Assembly: GCA_965232515.1 (NCBI GenBank)
Contig: CBDDPY010000002.1
Coordinates: forward strand, 2,944,001 to 3,008,000
From: Alphaproteobacteria bacterium
GTDB lineage: Bacteria > Pseudomonadota > Alphaproteobacteria > GCA-2731375
DNA length: 64,000 nt
Reading direction: 5' to 3'
The position numbers and the translations under genes are program-made. The notes under the pieces are model-generated. The model was not told the DNA's origin. It ran no database searches and worked only from the letters and a program-made list of their open reading frames with translations. The stretch's first letter is position 1, and the number at the start of each line of letters is the position of its first letter. Shown here in pieces: positions 1 to 9,668 of the stretch.

Positions 1-254
1 AGCAGCTTGTAGACGAAGCGGTGGTTGGTCAGGTCCCCGACCCGAAGGTTGATCGGGTTGTTGTTCAGCTCGCGCCAGCGCGCCACCCGGCGGTGCAGCG
101 TCGGCACCGGCCGCAACGGCTGAATGCCCTCCTCCAGCTCCCACTGCCGCTTGGCGAAATTGTCGGCGACCCAGACGTCGTCGCCGGCGGCGGAGAAATG
201 CATGGCGGTGGGCCAGCCGAGATAGCCGTCGCCGCCGAGGATCAAAACACGCAT
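1..254 (-). CDS. sqdB: UDP-sulfoquinovose synthase-like NAD-dependent enzyme (5' part; runs off the window)
   Basis: Not in ORF track; manual translation from ATG 254: MRVLILGGDGYLGWPTAMHFS...VADNFAKRQWELEEG...LHRRVARWREL...GDL, matching the SqdB/SQD1 N-terminus (GGDGYxGWPTA, DN..RR). Confidence 0.8.
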   Translation of the reverse strand, partial: MRVLILGGDGYLGWPTAMHFSAAGDDVWVADNFAKRQWELEEGIQPLRPVPTLHRRVARWRELNNNPINLRVGDLTNHRFVYKL

Positions 255-339
255 GCGTTTGCTTTCGCTTCTGCTCGATATCGAGGACCAATGAAATCAG
301 GCCGATGCATAACGCTTCGACCGGCGGGCGTCCACCGCC

Positions 340-1500
340 TTAGGAGGCTTCGACGAACCGCTTCTCCAGCAGTTCTTGGCCGAGCGGCGTCTTGCGCAGC
401 GCTTCGACGATGCGCTTGTAGCTCTGGCCGTCGCCGAACGGCTGCCGGCAGGCGGCGACGGCCTCCGCGAAGGCCGGATCGTTCAACGCCCGGTCGAGCG
501 CCGCGGCAACGGATTCCTGCCCCATCTCGCAATGGATGACGTTCTCGGCATGCTCGCGTCCGCGCTGGCGTTCGCCCACATTCACCGCGGGGATGCGGGC
601 GTACGGCGTCTCGATCAGGCCGGCCGACGAGTTGCCGACCATGACCGCCGCCATACGCATGAGGCCGAGGAAGTCCGGCGCGTCGATGTTGGTGTGGATC
701 GACAGGCCGGGTGCGCCGCGCCGCGCCTCGATGGCCGCGATCACGCCCTCGTAACCCTGGTCCGAGCAGGGATAGACCGCGAGCGCCCGCCGGCCGGTGT
801 TGAGCACGGCGGCAAGTGTTCCCGCCATGTCGGCGCGGTGGTCGCGCGGCCGGATGGTCTCCGAATGCTGCAGCACCAGGATCGGCCGCTCGTCATCCGC
901 GATCTCGTAGCGCCGCCTGAGATCGTCCGGTTCGGGCTGTTCGAGGGCGAACATCGGATCGACGTGATTGTCGCCGACCACGTGGATGCGCCAGGGCTCC
1001 TCGCCCATCGCCCGGATCCGCGCCGCGCTGGCCTCGGTCGAGGGGAAGTGCAGGTGCGCCAGCTTGCTGACGGCATGCCGGAACAGGTCGTCGACATTGC
1101 CCGACACGTCGCCGCCCTGCATGTGCGCGATCGGCACCGACAGGTTGACCGCCGCCACCGCCGCCGCCACGACCTCGCCGCGGTCCCCGTAGAGCATCAG
1201 GATGTCGGGCCGGAGCCGGTTCAGCACATCAGCCATCTTCGCCATGCAGGTGGCGATCGCCGCTGTGCGCTCCATTGGACTGTCGCCGCTTTGACCCATA
1301 TCGACGGCCGCCGCGATCTCGAAGTCGCGGGCCACCTCGCTGGCGGTCGCGCCGAACTTCGGGTTTACGTGCTGGTCGGTCACGATCAGCGACAGCCTGA
1401 GGTCCGGCGCCTCCTCGATCGCTCTTAGCATCGGCCGCATGGCGCCGTAGCCGCCGCGCTTGCCGGTCAGAACGGCGATATGGCGCTGAGTTGTGGTCAT
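340..1500 (-). CDS. neuC: UDP-N-acetylglucosamine 2-epimerase (hydrolysing), NeuC family
   Basis: IAVLTGKRGGYG, GDRGE, HMQGGDVSGNVDDLFRHAVSKLAHLHF, GNSSAGLIETP, NVGERQRGR, PFGDGQS motifs. Confidence 0.88.
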   Translation of the reverse strand: MTTTQRHIAVLTGKRGGYGAMRPMLRAIEEAPDLRLSLIVTDQHVNPKFGATASEVARDFEIAAAVDMGQSGDSPMERTAAIATCMAKMADVLNRLRPDILMLYGDRGEVVAAAVAAVNLSVPIAHMQGGDVSGNVDDLFRHAVSKLAHLHFPSTEASAARIRAMGEEPWRIHVVGDNHVDPMFALEQPEPDDLRRRYEIADDERPILVLQHSETIRPRDHRADMAGTLAAVLNTGRRALAVYPCSDQGYEGVIAAIEARRGAPGLSIHTNIDAPDFLGLMRMAAVMVGNSSAGLIETPYARIPAVNVGERQRGREHAENVIHCEMGQESVAAALDRALNDPAFAEAVAACRQPFGDGQSYKRIVEALRKTPLGQELLEKRFVEAS

Positions 1501-1523
1501 GAAGGGATCGGCCCGTCGGATAT

Positions 1524-2897
1524 TCAGAAGCGGAAATATATGAAGGTCTGCGAGCGATCAATAAAGGCGAACGCCGCGAACAGCAGGCAGGCGAGCCCGC
1601 CGCCATAGGCCACGGCCCGCAGGCCGTTACGGTCGTCGCGCAGCGCCATGCGCTCGAAATGCGCGCCGAAACAGACCGCCGCCACCGCCGCCAGCAGCAG
1701 CCAGGCGCCGTAGGTCGGCGACCGCGCCGTGCCCTCGCCCAAGCCAACGAGACTCTGCAGCAGGGCGGCCGCGCCCTCGAAGTCGTAGAGGAACAGGCTC
1801 CAGCCCAGCGTCACCAGCAGAAAGGTCAACGCCCGTTGCAACAGGGTCGGCAGCCGGTCCCAGGCCGGCCGCACGGCCCGGTAGCCCGCCACCAGACCGG
1901 CGTGATAAAGGCCCCAGGCGACGAAGTTCCAGCCGGCGCCATGCCAAAGACCGCAGAGCGCGAACACGATGGCGATATTTACGGCGTAGCGCCGGTTGCC
2001 GCCCAGCGGCAGATAGAGATAGTCGCGGATCCAGTAGGACAGCGTGATGTGCCAGCGGCGCCAGAAGTCACGCGGGTTCAGCGCCTCGTAGGGCCGCCGG
2101 AAATTGTCGGGGAAGTGAAAGCCGAACAGCCGGCCGAGGCCGATGGCGATCAGCGAATAGCCGAAGAAATCGAAATAGATCTGAAAGCTGTAACCGAGCG
2201 CCACGAACCAGGCGCCGTCGAGACCGAGCCGCGCCGGATGCGCGACGAACGGCTTCATCACGTTGGCCAGCGCATCGGCGCCCAGCACCTTGGCGGCCAG
2301 GCCCAGACAGATGAAGCCGACGGCGGCCTCGATATCGCGGCGCGCCGGCACGAAGTCGGCCAGACGTTGAATCGCGCCCGACACCTGATCGAAGCGCAGG
2401 ATCGGCCCGGCCACGAGCTGCGGAAAGAAGCTGACATAGAGCGCGAAACTGCGCAGCGGCGGCTGCCCCACGATCTGGCCGCGATAGCGGTCGATGGCGA
2501 AGGCCACCATCTGGAAGGTAAAGAACGAGATGCCCGCCGGCAGCAGCACATCGTCGAACAGCGTGAACGAGGTGCCGACGACGCCATCCGTCGCCAGCCG
2601 CAGCGAGTCGACGGCGAAGCCGGCATACTTGAAATAGAACAACGCCGCCAACGGCCCGACGATGGCGGCGATCAACCGCAGGCGACTGCCGCGAATTGAA
2701 TCCGAACGGGTCGCCACGTAGACCCAGACAACGCCGAGCGCCAGGACCACGGCATGATCGATGCCGGCATAGCCGTAGAAGACCAGCGAGGCCAGGATCA
2801 GCAGCTCGCGCCGACGGTCCCGCGGCGCGACCAGGAAAAACAGCAGCAGCACCAGCGGCAGGAACAGGAGCAGGAAGCGATAATCGTTGAACAGCAC
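1524..2897 (-). CDS. MBOAT family O-acyltransferase (AlgI/PatA/DltB-like)
   Basis: LPAGISFFTFQ, FFPQLVAGPI, QIYFDFFGYS, DFWRRWHITLSYWIRDYLYLPLGG, GLWHGAGWNF; C-terminal FIYFRF. Confidence 0.92.
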   Translation of the reverse strand: MLFNDYRFLLLFLPLVLLLFFLVAPRDRRRELLILASLVFYGYAGIDHAVVLALGVVWVYVATRSDSIRGSRLRLIAAIVGPLAALFYFKYAGFAVDSLRLATDGVVGTSFTLFDDVLLPAGISFFTFQMVAFAIDRYRGQIVGQPPLRSFALYVSFFPQLVAGPILRFDQVSGAIQRLADFVPARRDIEAAVGFICLGLAAKVLGADALANVMKPFVAHPARLGLDGAWFVALGYSFQIYFDFFGYSLIAIGLGRLFGFHFPDNFRRPYEALNPRDFWRRWHITLSYWIRDYLYLPLGGNRRYAVNIAIVFALCGLWHGAGWNFVAWGLYHAGLVAGYRAVRPAWDRLPTLLQRALTFLLVTLGWSLFLYDFEGAAALLQSLVGLGEGTARSPTYGAWLLLAAVAAVCFGAHFERMALRDDRNGLRAVAYGGGLACLLFAAFAFIDRSQTFIYFRF

Positions 2898-2898
2898 G

Positions 2899-3972
2899 TC
2901 AGGCGCCCGCCCCGGCGAGAAGATCGGCGATATAGGGCCCCAGCAGCACGGCCGGCGCGTGGCAGCAATCGGGCCAGTACGGCGGCACGGCGGTCCGACC
3001 CAGACGCGCGGCGGGCAGGCAGGTCAACGCCAACGTCCGGCAGCGTTCATAGAACAGGGCGCGCAGCGGCCGGGCGTCGGCTGCCTCGGTAGCGGCAGTC
3101 TGCACCGCATCGCCGGGATAGAGCGGCGATTCATAGAGCAGCACGATCACGCCCTGCGCCTGAATGCGGGCGAGACGTGCCAGATCCTGTTTCATATAGG
3201 CCTGCGCCAGCACGAACGGTTTTGCCGACGGCAGCGTCATTGGATCGGTCCGCGCCGATGGCATCGCTATCGGCCGGCTGCCGTCGCGCCGGAACGCGAG
3301 TTCGAACACGGTCGGGGCCGCGAAGACATCGGGAAACATGAAGCTCAAGCGGCTGTAGATCTGGCCGAAGCTGTAGACATGCCGGATCTGGGCCCAACCC
3401 GTCTTGATATCGTCGACCAGCGCCCGGACGGCCATGATCCAGCCGTCGTCGGCCGATCGCCAGATCTGCCAGGCACCGGCGGCGGCGTCCGGCAGGCGCC
3501 GGATCAGGCCGGGATAGGCCAGCCGCGACTGGAAGTGCAGCACGGCATTGTCAACGCTGATCACGGCGACGCGGGGCGCGCTGCCGTCCTCGACCAGCAG
3601 CTCGAGCAGTTCGACGCTTTGACGCAACGTCGTGCCCGGCACCGCGAAATTGAAGAACCGGGCGTCGTCGATGCCGATATCGGCGACGCCGACCTGAACC
3701 GCCCGGCTGTTGCCGAACAGGCCGATATCATAGCGCGGCACCGATGCGGCATGACGCCGCTTCAGGGCCGCCAGGTCATGAATCGGCAGCCCGGCGAGGC
3801 GTCGCAGCCCCTCCGCGTCGCCGGTCTCGAACACGTCTTCCGCGAACGGCACGCCACGAAACACAACCGCGCCGATGGCGAGCAAGCACAGGCAAGCCAG
3901 AAAGCTTTGGAAATTCATCCATACGCGCCTTTCAGCGGCGTCCCCCCGGTCCGCGCCACCGAAACCGGACAT
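2899..3972 (-). CDS. SGNH-like periplasmic acyltransferase partner of the MBOAT (AlgJ/DltD-like); alternative start 3918
   Basis: N-terminal TM helix, LFGNSR nucleophile block, FNFAVPG, C-terminal DCCH (DxxH); directly upstream of the MBOAT. Confidence 0.6.
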   Translation of the reverse strand: MSGFGGADRGDAAERRVWMNFQSFLACLCLLAIGAVVFRGVPFAEDVFETGDAEGLRRLAGLPIHDLAALKRRHAASVPRYDIGLFGNSRAVQVGVADIGIDDARFFNFAVPGTTLRQSVELLELLVEDGSAPRVAVISVDNAVLHFQSRLAYPGLIRRLPDAAAGAWQIWRSADDGWIMAVRALVDDIKTGWAQIRHVYSFGQIYSRLSFMFPDVFAAPTVFELAFRRDGSRPIAMPSARTDPMTLPSAKPFVLAQAYMKQDLARLARIQAQGVIVLLYESPLYPGDAVQTAATEAADARPLRALFYERCRTLALTCLPAARLGRTAVPPYWPDCCHAPAVLLGPYIADLLAGAGA

Positions 3973-4131
3973 TTACACATTCGTTGCACTGTCGCCAGCG
4001 CGGGTTTCGCCGGCATTCCCGTCGATCGAAGATCCCGGCCGGGGGCCGGTTCGGGTTTGACCTGCTGGCGGATGTGCATTACGTGCCATGCAACAGGGTT
4101 TGCAAAGCCTGTCGGGACGGATCGGCAAGAA

Positions 4132-5649
4132 ATGAAGGTGGCTGTGATCGGCTCGGGCGCGGCGGCGTTCGCGGCGATTTCGACATTACGCGAGCGGCGG
4201 CCCGATTGCGACATCACCGTCTTCGACCGGGACGGCGAGGTGGCGGTGGCGCCGATGGCGTCTCGCCTGGGCGGTATCGACCATCGAGACTGGACGTCGG
4301 ACGACTTCGATCGGGTCCACGCCGCCGTCAAGGCCCAGGTCGGCGCCAAGTTCCCACCGCCAAAGACCAACTACGGCAAGCTGGTGCCGCGCCACGACAG
4401 CGACGTGAAGCGGGCGTTCTGGCACAGCCGCGAGCCGGGCGGCCTGACCAACTATTGGAGCGCGTCGCTGTTTCCCTTCACCGACCGCGACATGGCCGGC
4501 TGGCCGGTATCGCGCCAGGACCTGGCGCCCTACTATCGCCGCGTCGCCGAGGATGTCGGCGTCGCCGGCCGCGACGACAGCATCGACGGCTATTTCGGCG
4601 ACGGCTATGTCACGCGGCCGCCGATCCCGGCAACGGCGCTGTGCGAGCGGCTGGTTCAAACCGCGGCCCGCGGCGCCGGCGCGAACGGCAGCGGCGTCAT
4701 TTCCGGGCTGAACCGGCTGGGCATCGAGACCCGGCCCGACCACACGCATTCTTGCGTGAAATGCGGCGGGTGCTTCTACGGCTGCTTTCGCGGCGCCATC
4801 TTCAACGGCAATGTCGGCCTGCGGCGTCGCGGCCTGGATTCGAGCTACCGGCGGATCCCAGAAAAAGTCGACCGCCTGGTCAGCGAAAACGGCGGCGGCG
4901 TCGGCGTGACCACCGTCGGCGGCAGCTATGGCGGCTTCGACAAGGTGTTCTGCGCCGCCGGCTGCATCGGCTCGGGCGAGATCGCGCTGCGCAGCTTCGC
5001 CGACGCCGGCACGCGACTGCAGTTCGTCGACAACGATCTTTACGTCTTCCCGATCTTCTATCTCGGCCGCCGCCTGGATCGCGATCTCGCGTCCTACGTC
5101 GCCATCGCCAATGCCGTGATCGGCTTTCCGCCAAACGGCGCGGACGAGGTCTACGCTCAGGCCCACGTCGCGCCGGTGCCGGACTATCTCGTGCGCTTCT
5201 ACGCGCCGGCCAGCTATTGGGCCCTGACGAAGTATCTCGCCGGCGCGCTGAAGGCGCATGTGCTGCTGGCCAAGCTCTATATCGATGGCGGCGTCTCGCC
5301 GCGCTTCGGCCTGGAGCTTGGCAGCGGCGGCAGCCTGGAATTCGGACCCGTGCGGCCGGGCCAGTCGGCCGCGACCCTGAACCGCGCGCGGCGGCAACTG
5401 CGCCGGGCGCTCGCGCGGTCGCCATTCATCGTGCCCCCCTTCCCCGCCATGCTGTCGTCCACCAGCTCGCACTATGCCGGCGGCCTGGATCCCGAGAGCA
5501 GCGCGCTGCCGGCCTCGCGCAACGGCGAGCTGGCGCCGAACGTGCACGTGATCGATTCCGCCCTGTTCGCCAACAGCCCGGCCCAGCCGCTGACCTTCAC
5601 GATCATGGCCAATGCCGCCCGCATCGTCACCGAGGTGATGGATGGCTGA
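4132..5649 (+). CDS. FAD-dependent GMC-type oxidoreductase
   Basis: True start MKVAVIGSGAAA (Rossmann) inside the 920-aa track ORF; GGLTNYWSA, CVKCGGCFYGC, SSHYAG, LTFTIMANAARI. Confidence 0.82.
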   Translation: MKVAVIGSGAAAFAAISTLRERRPDCDITVFDRDGEVAVAPMASRLGGIDHRDWTSDDFDRVHAAVKAQVGAKFPPPKTNYGKLVPRHDSDVKRAFWHSREPGGLTNYWSASLFPFTDRDMAGWPVSRQDLAPYYRRVAEDVGVAGRDDSIDGYFGDGYVTRPPIPATALCERLVQTAARGAGANGSGVISGLNRLGIETRPDHTHSCVKCGGCFYGCFRGAIFNGNVGLRRRGLDSSYRRIPEKVDRLVSENGGGVGVTTVGGSYGGFDKVFCAAGCIGSGEIALRSFADAGTRLQFVDNDLYVFPIFYLGRRLDRDLASYVAIANAVIGFPPNGADEVYAQAHVAPVPDYLVRFYAPASYWALTKYLAGALKAHVLLAKLYIDGGVSPRFGLELGSGGSLEFGPVRPGQSAATLNRARRQLRRALARSPFIVPPFPAMLSSTSSHYAGGLDPESSALPASRNGELAPNVHVIDSALFANSPAQPLTFTIMANAARIVTEVMDG

Positions 5650-6529
5650 GTACCGGCTTGTCGTGACCGGCGCCAACGCGCCGTTGGCGCAGTCGCTGAT
5701 CAAGGGCCTGCTCGCCGACGATGCCGGACCCGTCCTGGGCCTGGTGTCGCCCTGGTGCGACCCGTCCACGCTGCTGGCGGACGAAGGCAAGCTCGCCTAC
5801 CTGGCGGCAGACCTGACCGCCCCACTGCCGGCCGCGGCGGCGGATGCCGTGCGATCAGCCGACGCCGTTCTGCACCTGGCCTGGGTCCGCAGCGGCGACG
5901 TCGAGACCGCGACGGATCGCAACCTGGCGATCCTGGACAACGTCGCCGCGGCGATGGATTCGGCCGAAAAGCTCTATTTCATGTCCTCGGTCGCCGCCGG
6001 CGCCGACGCGCCCAGCGCCTATGGCCGGTCCAAGTACCTGGTCGAGGATCGGGTGCGGACGCTCGGCGGCAATGTGCTGGTCTGCGGGCTGGTAATGAGC
6101 GAGCCGCCGCAGACCGCCTTCAAGATGCTGGTCAGCCTGGTCACCAGGCTGCCGCTGTCGGTGCGGTTCGTGTTGGGCGCGCCGCGGGTCTATCCGGTGG
6201 CGCTGGCCGATCTCGATCGCGGCGTTCGCGACACGCTGAGGGCCGCGGCGCCGGTCGGCACGGTCGCGCTCTATCACGCCGGCGGCGTGGCCCTGAATGC
6301 TTTTCTGAAGCGGCTGGAGGCGCGGCGCGGCGGTTTTCGCCTGCCCCTGCCGCTGCCGGCGGGGCCGATGCTGGCCGTCGGCCGGCTGGCGCGGCGCACG
6401 CCGTTGAAGGGCCTGGGCGAGAAGATCACCACCTTCCTCTACAAGGACGACCGGCGGCTGGCGGCGCTGCCGCCGCCGCCCGGCCTGACCCTCAGCGAAA
6501 CCGACGCGTTCCTGCACGCCGAGCGCTGA
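5642..6529 (+). CDS. NAD-dependent epimerase/dehydratase (extended SDR)
   Basis: VVTGANAPLA, VLHLAW, FMSSVAA, YGRSK; overlaps upstream stop. Confidence 0.75.
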   Translation: MAEYRLVVTGANAPLAQSLIKGLLADDAGPVLGLVSPWCDPSTLLADEGKLAYLAADLTAPLPAAAADAVRSADAVLHLAWVRSGDVETATDRNLAILDNVAAAMDSAEKLYFMSSVAAGADAPSAYGRSKYLVEDRVRTLGGNVLVCGLVMSEPPQTAFKMLVSLVTRLPLSVRFVLGAPRVYPVALADLDRGVRDTLRAAAPVGTVALYHAGGVALNAFLKRLEARRGGFRLPLPLPAGPMLAVGRLARRTPLKGLGEKITTFLYKDDRRLAALPPPPGLTLSETDAFLHAER

Positions 6530-7504
6530 TCAGGTCGTCGAGCGGGCGCGGCCCAGACCCAGCCAATCGTCGGCGATCAAGACCAGCAGCGACAGCAGGA
6601 GGATGGACAGCAAGCCGACGCCGGTAAACAGGAGCGCGCTGGCAATGCCGGCGCTCCAGTCGATGCCGCCGAGCTGGGCGGCGAAGGCCCAGGCCGCCTG
6701 GACCGGCCCGACCCCGGCAATGCCATTGATCGGCAGCGACCAGGCCAGCAGCGCCGTGGCGCCCGCGAACATGCCTTGCCAGTAACCGGCGTCGTCGACG
6801 ACGGCGCGCAGGCAGAACAGACAGAACACGAACTGCAGCAGCCAGATCGAGACCGAGAGCGCGAGAACCGGCAGGTAGTCGCGCGCCCGGGCGATTCGGT
6901 GCAGCCCCTGCAGCAGCCGGCCGAGCAGCTCCGCCGGCTTCGGCCAGCGGCCGACCAGCGGCAATAGAAAGCGCTGCGATACGCCGGCGATCCAGGGCGT
7001 GAGGCCAAGCGCGACGACGGCCGCGACGGCGACCGCCAGGCCAATCTGGACCAGGGCCGGCCGGTCGACGATCACGACGACCGCGGCGATGGCGCAGGTG
7101 GCGACAATCACCAGCAGGTCGAGCACGCGCGAGACCACCAGCACGCCGACGCTGGAGGTGAGATCGACGCCGAAGCGCTGTTTCACCATCAGCGGGAACG
7201 ACAACTCGCCGGCGCGGAACGGCAGCAGGTAGTTGAACAGCAAGAGGAAGGTCGCGACCCGGTACATGGCGAGCGTCGGCCGGCCGCCGGCGGCGTCTTT
7301 CGGCCAGAGCAGACGGGTGAAACGCCAGGCACGAAGATACTGGATGACGGGGCCGACGCCGAGCGCGGCGGCGACGTAGCGCAGATCGACCTGCGGCAGC
7401 AGCGCGCGCAGATCGGCCATGACCTGGTCGGTCAGCAGCAGATAGAGCACGCCGCCGGTGATGGCCAGCGAGAACAGCGTGGTGACGAGCTGTCGGCGGG
7501 TCAT
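6530..7504 (-). CDS. Lysylphosphatidylglycerol synthase TM-domain (UPF0104) membrane protein, putative polyprenyl-P-sugar flippase
   Basis: Multi-TM; LRAWRF, NYLLPFRAGEL, SRVLDL, LPINGIAGVG motifs; adjacent to GT2. Confidence 0.8.
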   Translation of the reverse strand: MTRRQLVTTLFSLAITGGVLYLLLTDQVMADLRALLPQVDLRYVAAALGVGPVIQYLRAWRFTRLLWPKDAAGGRPTLAMYRVATFLLLFNYLLPFRAGELSFPLMVKQRFGVDLTSSVGVLVVSRVLDLLVIVATCAIAAVVVIVDRPALVQIGLAVAVAAVVALGLTPWIAGVSQRFLLPLVGRWPKPAELLGRLLQGLHRIARARDYLPVLALSVSIWLLQFVFCLFCLRAVVDDAGYWQGMFAGATALLAWSLPINGIAGVGPVQAAWAFAAQLGGIDWSAGIASALLFTGVGLLSILLLSLLVLIADDWLGLGRARSTT

Positions 7505-7544
7505 GCGGGCGGCCGCGTCGCTTCCGGGCCGGCGGCTCGTGGCC

Positions 7545-8630
7545 TCAGGCGTCGCCGGACGCCGTCGATGGCGTGTTCTTGCGGCCGAGCCGGACGCGAT
7601 ACTGCGGCTGATTGTCGGACTGATGCAGCAGCCGTACGATCAGTTCGCCCAGCAGGCCCTGGACGATCAGGATCAGGGCGCTGACCGTCAGCGAGACGCC
7701 GAGCGTCAGCAGCGGCCGGTTGCCGATCTGCTCGCCGTAGCCGAGCTTGAGGATCACCAGATAGAGGCAGATCGCCAGTCCGGCCGTGCCCAAAACGGCG
7801 CCGAGGCCGCCGAAGAAATGCAGCGGTCGCTGGATGTACTTGCGCAGGAACACCATCAGGATCAGGTCGAGGGCGACGCGCAGCGTGCGGTCGAGGCTGT
7901 ATTTCGACTGGCCGCGGGTGCGCGGGCGGTGGTTGACCACGACCTCGCGCACCTCGGCGCCGACCTGGGCCATCAGCGCCGGGATGAAGCGGTGCAGTTC
8001 GCCCGAGACGGTGATCTGGTCGAGAATGTCGCGGCGGTAGGCCTTCAACGTGCAGCCATAATCGTGCAGCGAGACGTGCGTCATGCGCGAGATCAGACGG
8101 TTGGCGACGCGCGACAGGCGCACGCGCAGAAAGTCGTCGTGCCGGTCGCGGCGCCATCCCGAGACCAGGTCGACGTCCTCACGCTCCAGCGTCTCGACCA
8201 GGAGCGGGATGTCGGCGGGGTCGTTCTGCAGGTCGCCGTCGAGCGTGACCACGACCTCGCCGCGCGCGTGGTCGAAGCCGGCCTGCATGGCCGTGCTCTG
8301 GCCGTAATTGCGGGCGAGGAACACCGGGCGCAGCTCAGGATAGCGCGCGGCGCAGTCCTGGACCGTGGCCTGGGTGCCGTCGCTGGAGCCGTCGTCGACG
8401 ATGATGATCTCGAAGCTGCGGCCGAAGCCCGAGAGGCTGGCATGGATCTCGGCCAGAAGGTCGGCAACGTTCTCGACCTCGTTGTAGACCGGCACCACGG
8501 CGCTGACCTGCACGGGCGGCGTCTCGGCCGCCGCGGCAGCATCGTCGTCGGCGCCGGCCCGCGCCGGCTTCGCCCCCGGCACCCCGACGACCATCGCCGC
8601 CGCCTGCCGGCTGTCGCTCAGATCATCCAT
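7545..8630 (-). CDS. GT2 polyprenyl-phosphate glycosyltransferase (ArnC/GtrB/DPM1-like)
   Basis: VVPVYNE, VDDGSSD, RNYGQSTAMQAG, LDGDLQNDP, HDYGCTLKAYRR, HRFIP, two C-terminal TMs. Confidence 0.9.
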   Translation of the reverse strand: MDDLSDSRQAAAMVVGVPGAKPARAGADDDAAAAAETPPVQVSAVVPVYNEVENVADLLAEIHASLSGFGRSFEIIIVDDGSSDGTQATVQDCAARYPELRPVFLARNYGQSTAMQAGFDHARGEVVVTLDGDLQNDPADIPLLVETLEREDVDLVSGWRRDRHDDFLRVRLSRVANRLISRMTHVSLHDYGCTLKAYRRDILDQITVSGELHRFIPALMAQVGAEVREVVVNHRPRTRGQSKYSLDRTLRVALDLILMVFLRKYIQRPLHFFGGLGAVLGTAGLAICLYLVILKLGYGEQIGNRPLLTLGVSLTVSALILIVQGLLGELIVRLLHQSDNQPQYRVRLGRKNTPSTASGDA

Positions 8631-8966
8631 CGCCAACCCTCAAATCTCGCCCCGGCCCGCCCACCTGTTACCCCAAGCGCCCGGCATCCGCAATGCAATG
8701 GGTCACACGCGGGACCAGCGCTCGAACGCACAAATTGGCGCGAGAGCCGTTAAGATTTTGTGGCGTCCCATCGATCAGTGTCCGTTATCAGAACAGTGAA
8801 GCAATTGGGCGCAATAAGCACGAAACGTGATATGCCCCAGACATACTAGGTCGATCCAGAAATCTCTCTATTTGCTTGCCATTAACTTCCTGTCGACGCT
8901 CGCCCATTGCCAAGGTTATGAGATCGGACCTTCGAAGATTTCGGAAAAATAAAGAGTATTGTCGTC

Positions 8967-9433
8967 ATGGGTAGTCTCGGTTCCGGTCGTCGACCTTGGA
9001 GCAAACGACGGTTGACCGACGAGGTCGGCTCCATCGATATCGGCGACCTCAAGGCGGGCGGTCTGTTCGACGCAAAGCACGGTAGCCCCGCAGCAGACTA
9101 TCCCTGGCTGGAACTCTTGGCGGCGTGTCGTTCTCACTAACGACGTTCGACGACTCTGAGAAACAGATGCTCCGGGTCACCTATAGATTTATGGATCGCG
9201 AGAACTGCTGGCATGACGGCGAAAGCCTTATCGGCTTTGAGCGCAGGCCATCGAACGTTGGCGGCAGCCGGTTTTGGTTCAGGTGCCCGAGCTGTAACCG
9301 CCGATGTGCAAAGCTCTATGTGGTGCGGCGATTCCAATGCCGGTGCTGTGCGGGACTGTTGTACCGAAGCCAAAGACGATCTCGATTGCCAACACAAAGG
9401 ATATCGCTACCCAATGTCCGAAGACCGACGTAG
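8967..9433 (+). pseudogene. Frameshifted mobile-element-associated Zn-ribbon protein
   Basis: ATG 8967 gives MGSLGSGRR...TDEVGSIDIGDL; a different frame (9125-9433) carries GGSRFWFRCPSCNRRCAKLY..FQCRCCAGLLYRSQ. Confidence 0.55.
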
Positions 9434-9668
9434 GGCAACGAGTTTGGCGCTTTAAGTTTGTGAGATCGTAGTTGCTTTGAACGATTTCAAATAAACCATA
9501 AATGGGAGTTGAACAACTTACTGGTTTGCCGAAACAGCCATGAATGGAGTTGCGCCGCCAGGCCGCGTAAGCAGAGCAGACGTATGCAAGGCAATCAGTC
9601 GGCCAATACAGCCACGTCAGCCAGCTACAGCGCGTTGGCGGTGGGCCGATACGAAATTCGATCGGCTA

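Noticed and set aside
2887-4131. N-terminal extension making a 920-aa ORF
   Set aside because: Antisense shadow of the SGNH gene; the Rossmann motif starts at ATG 4132.
8759-8771. TGGCGTCCC resembling a reversed tRNA 3' end / att site, with a 13-nt match at 34770-34782
   Set aside because: Too short, no cloverleaf, and the second copy encodes the conserved CGVP motif of a GT4.
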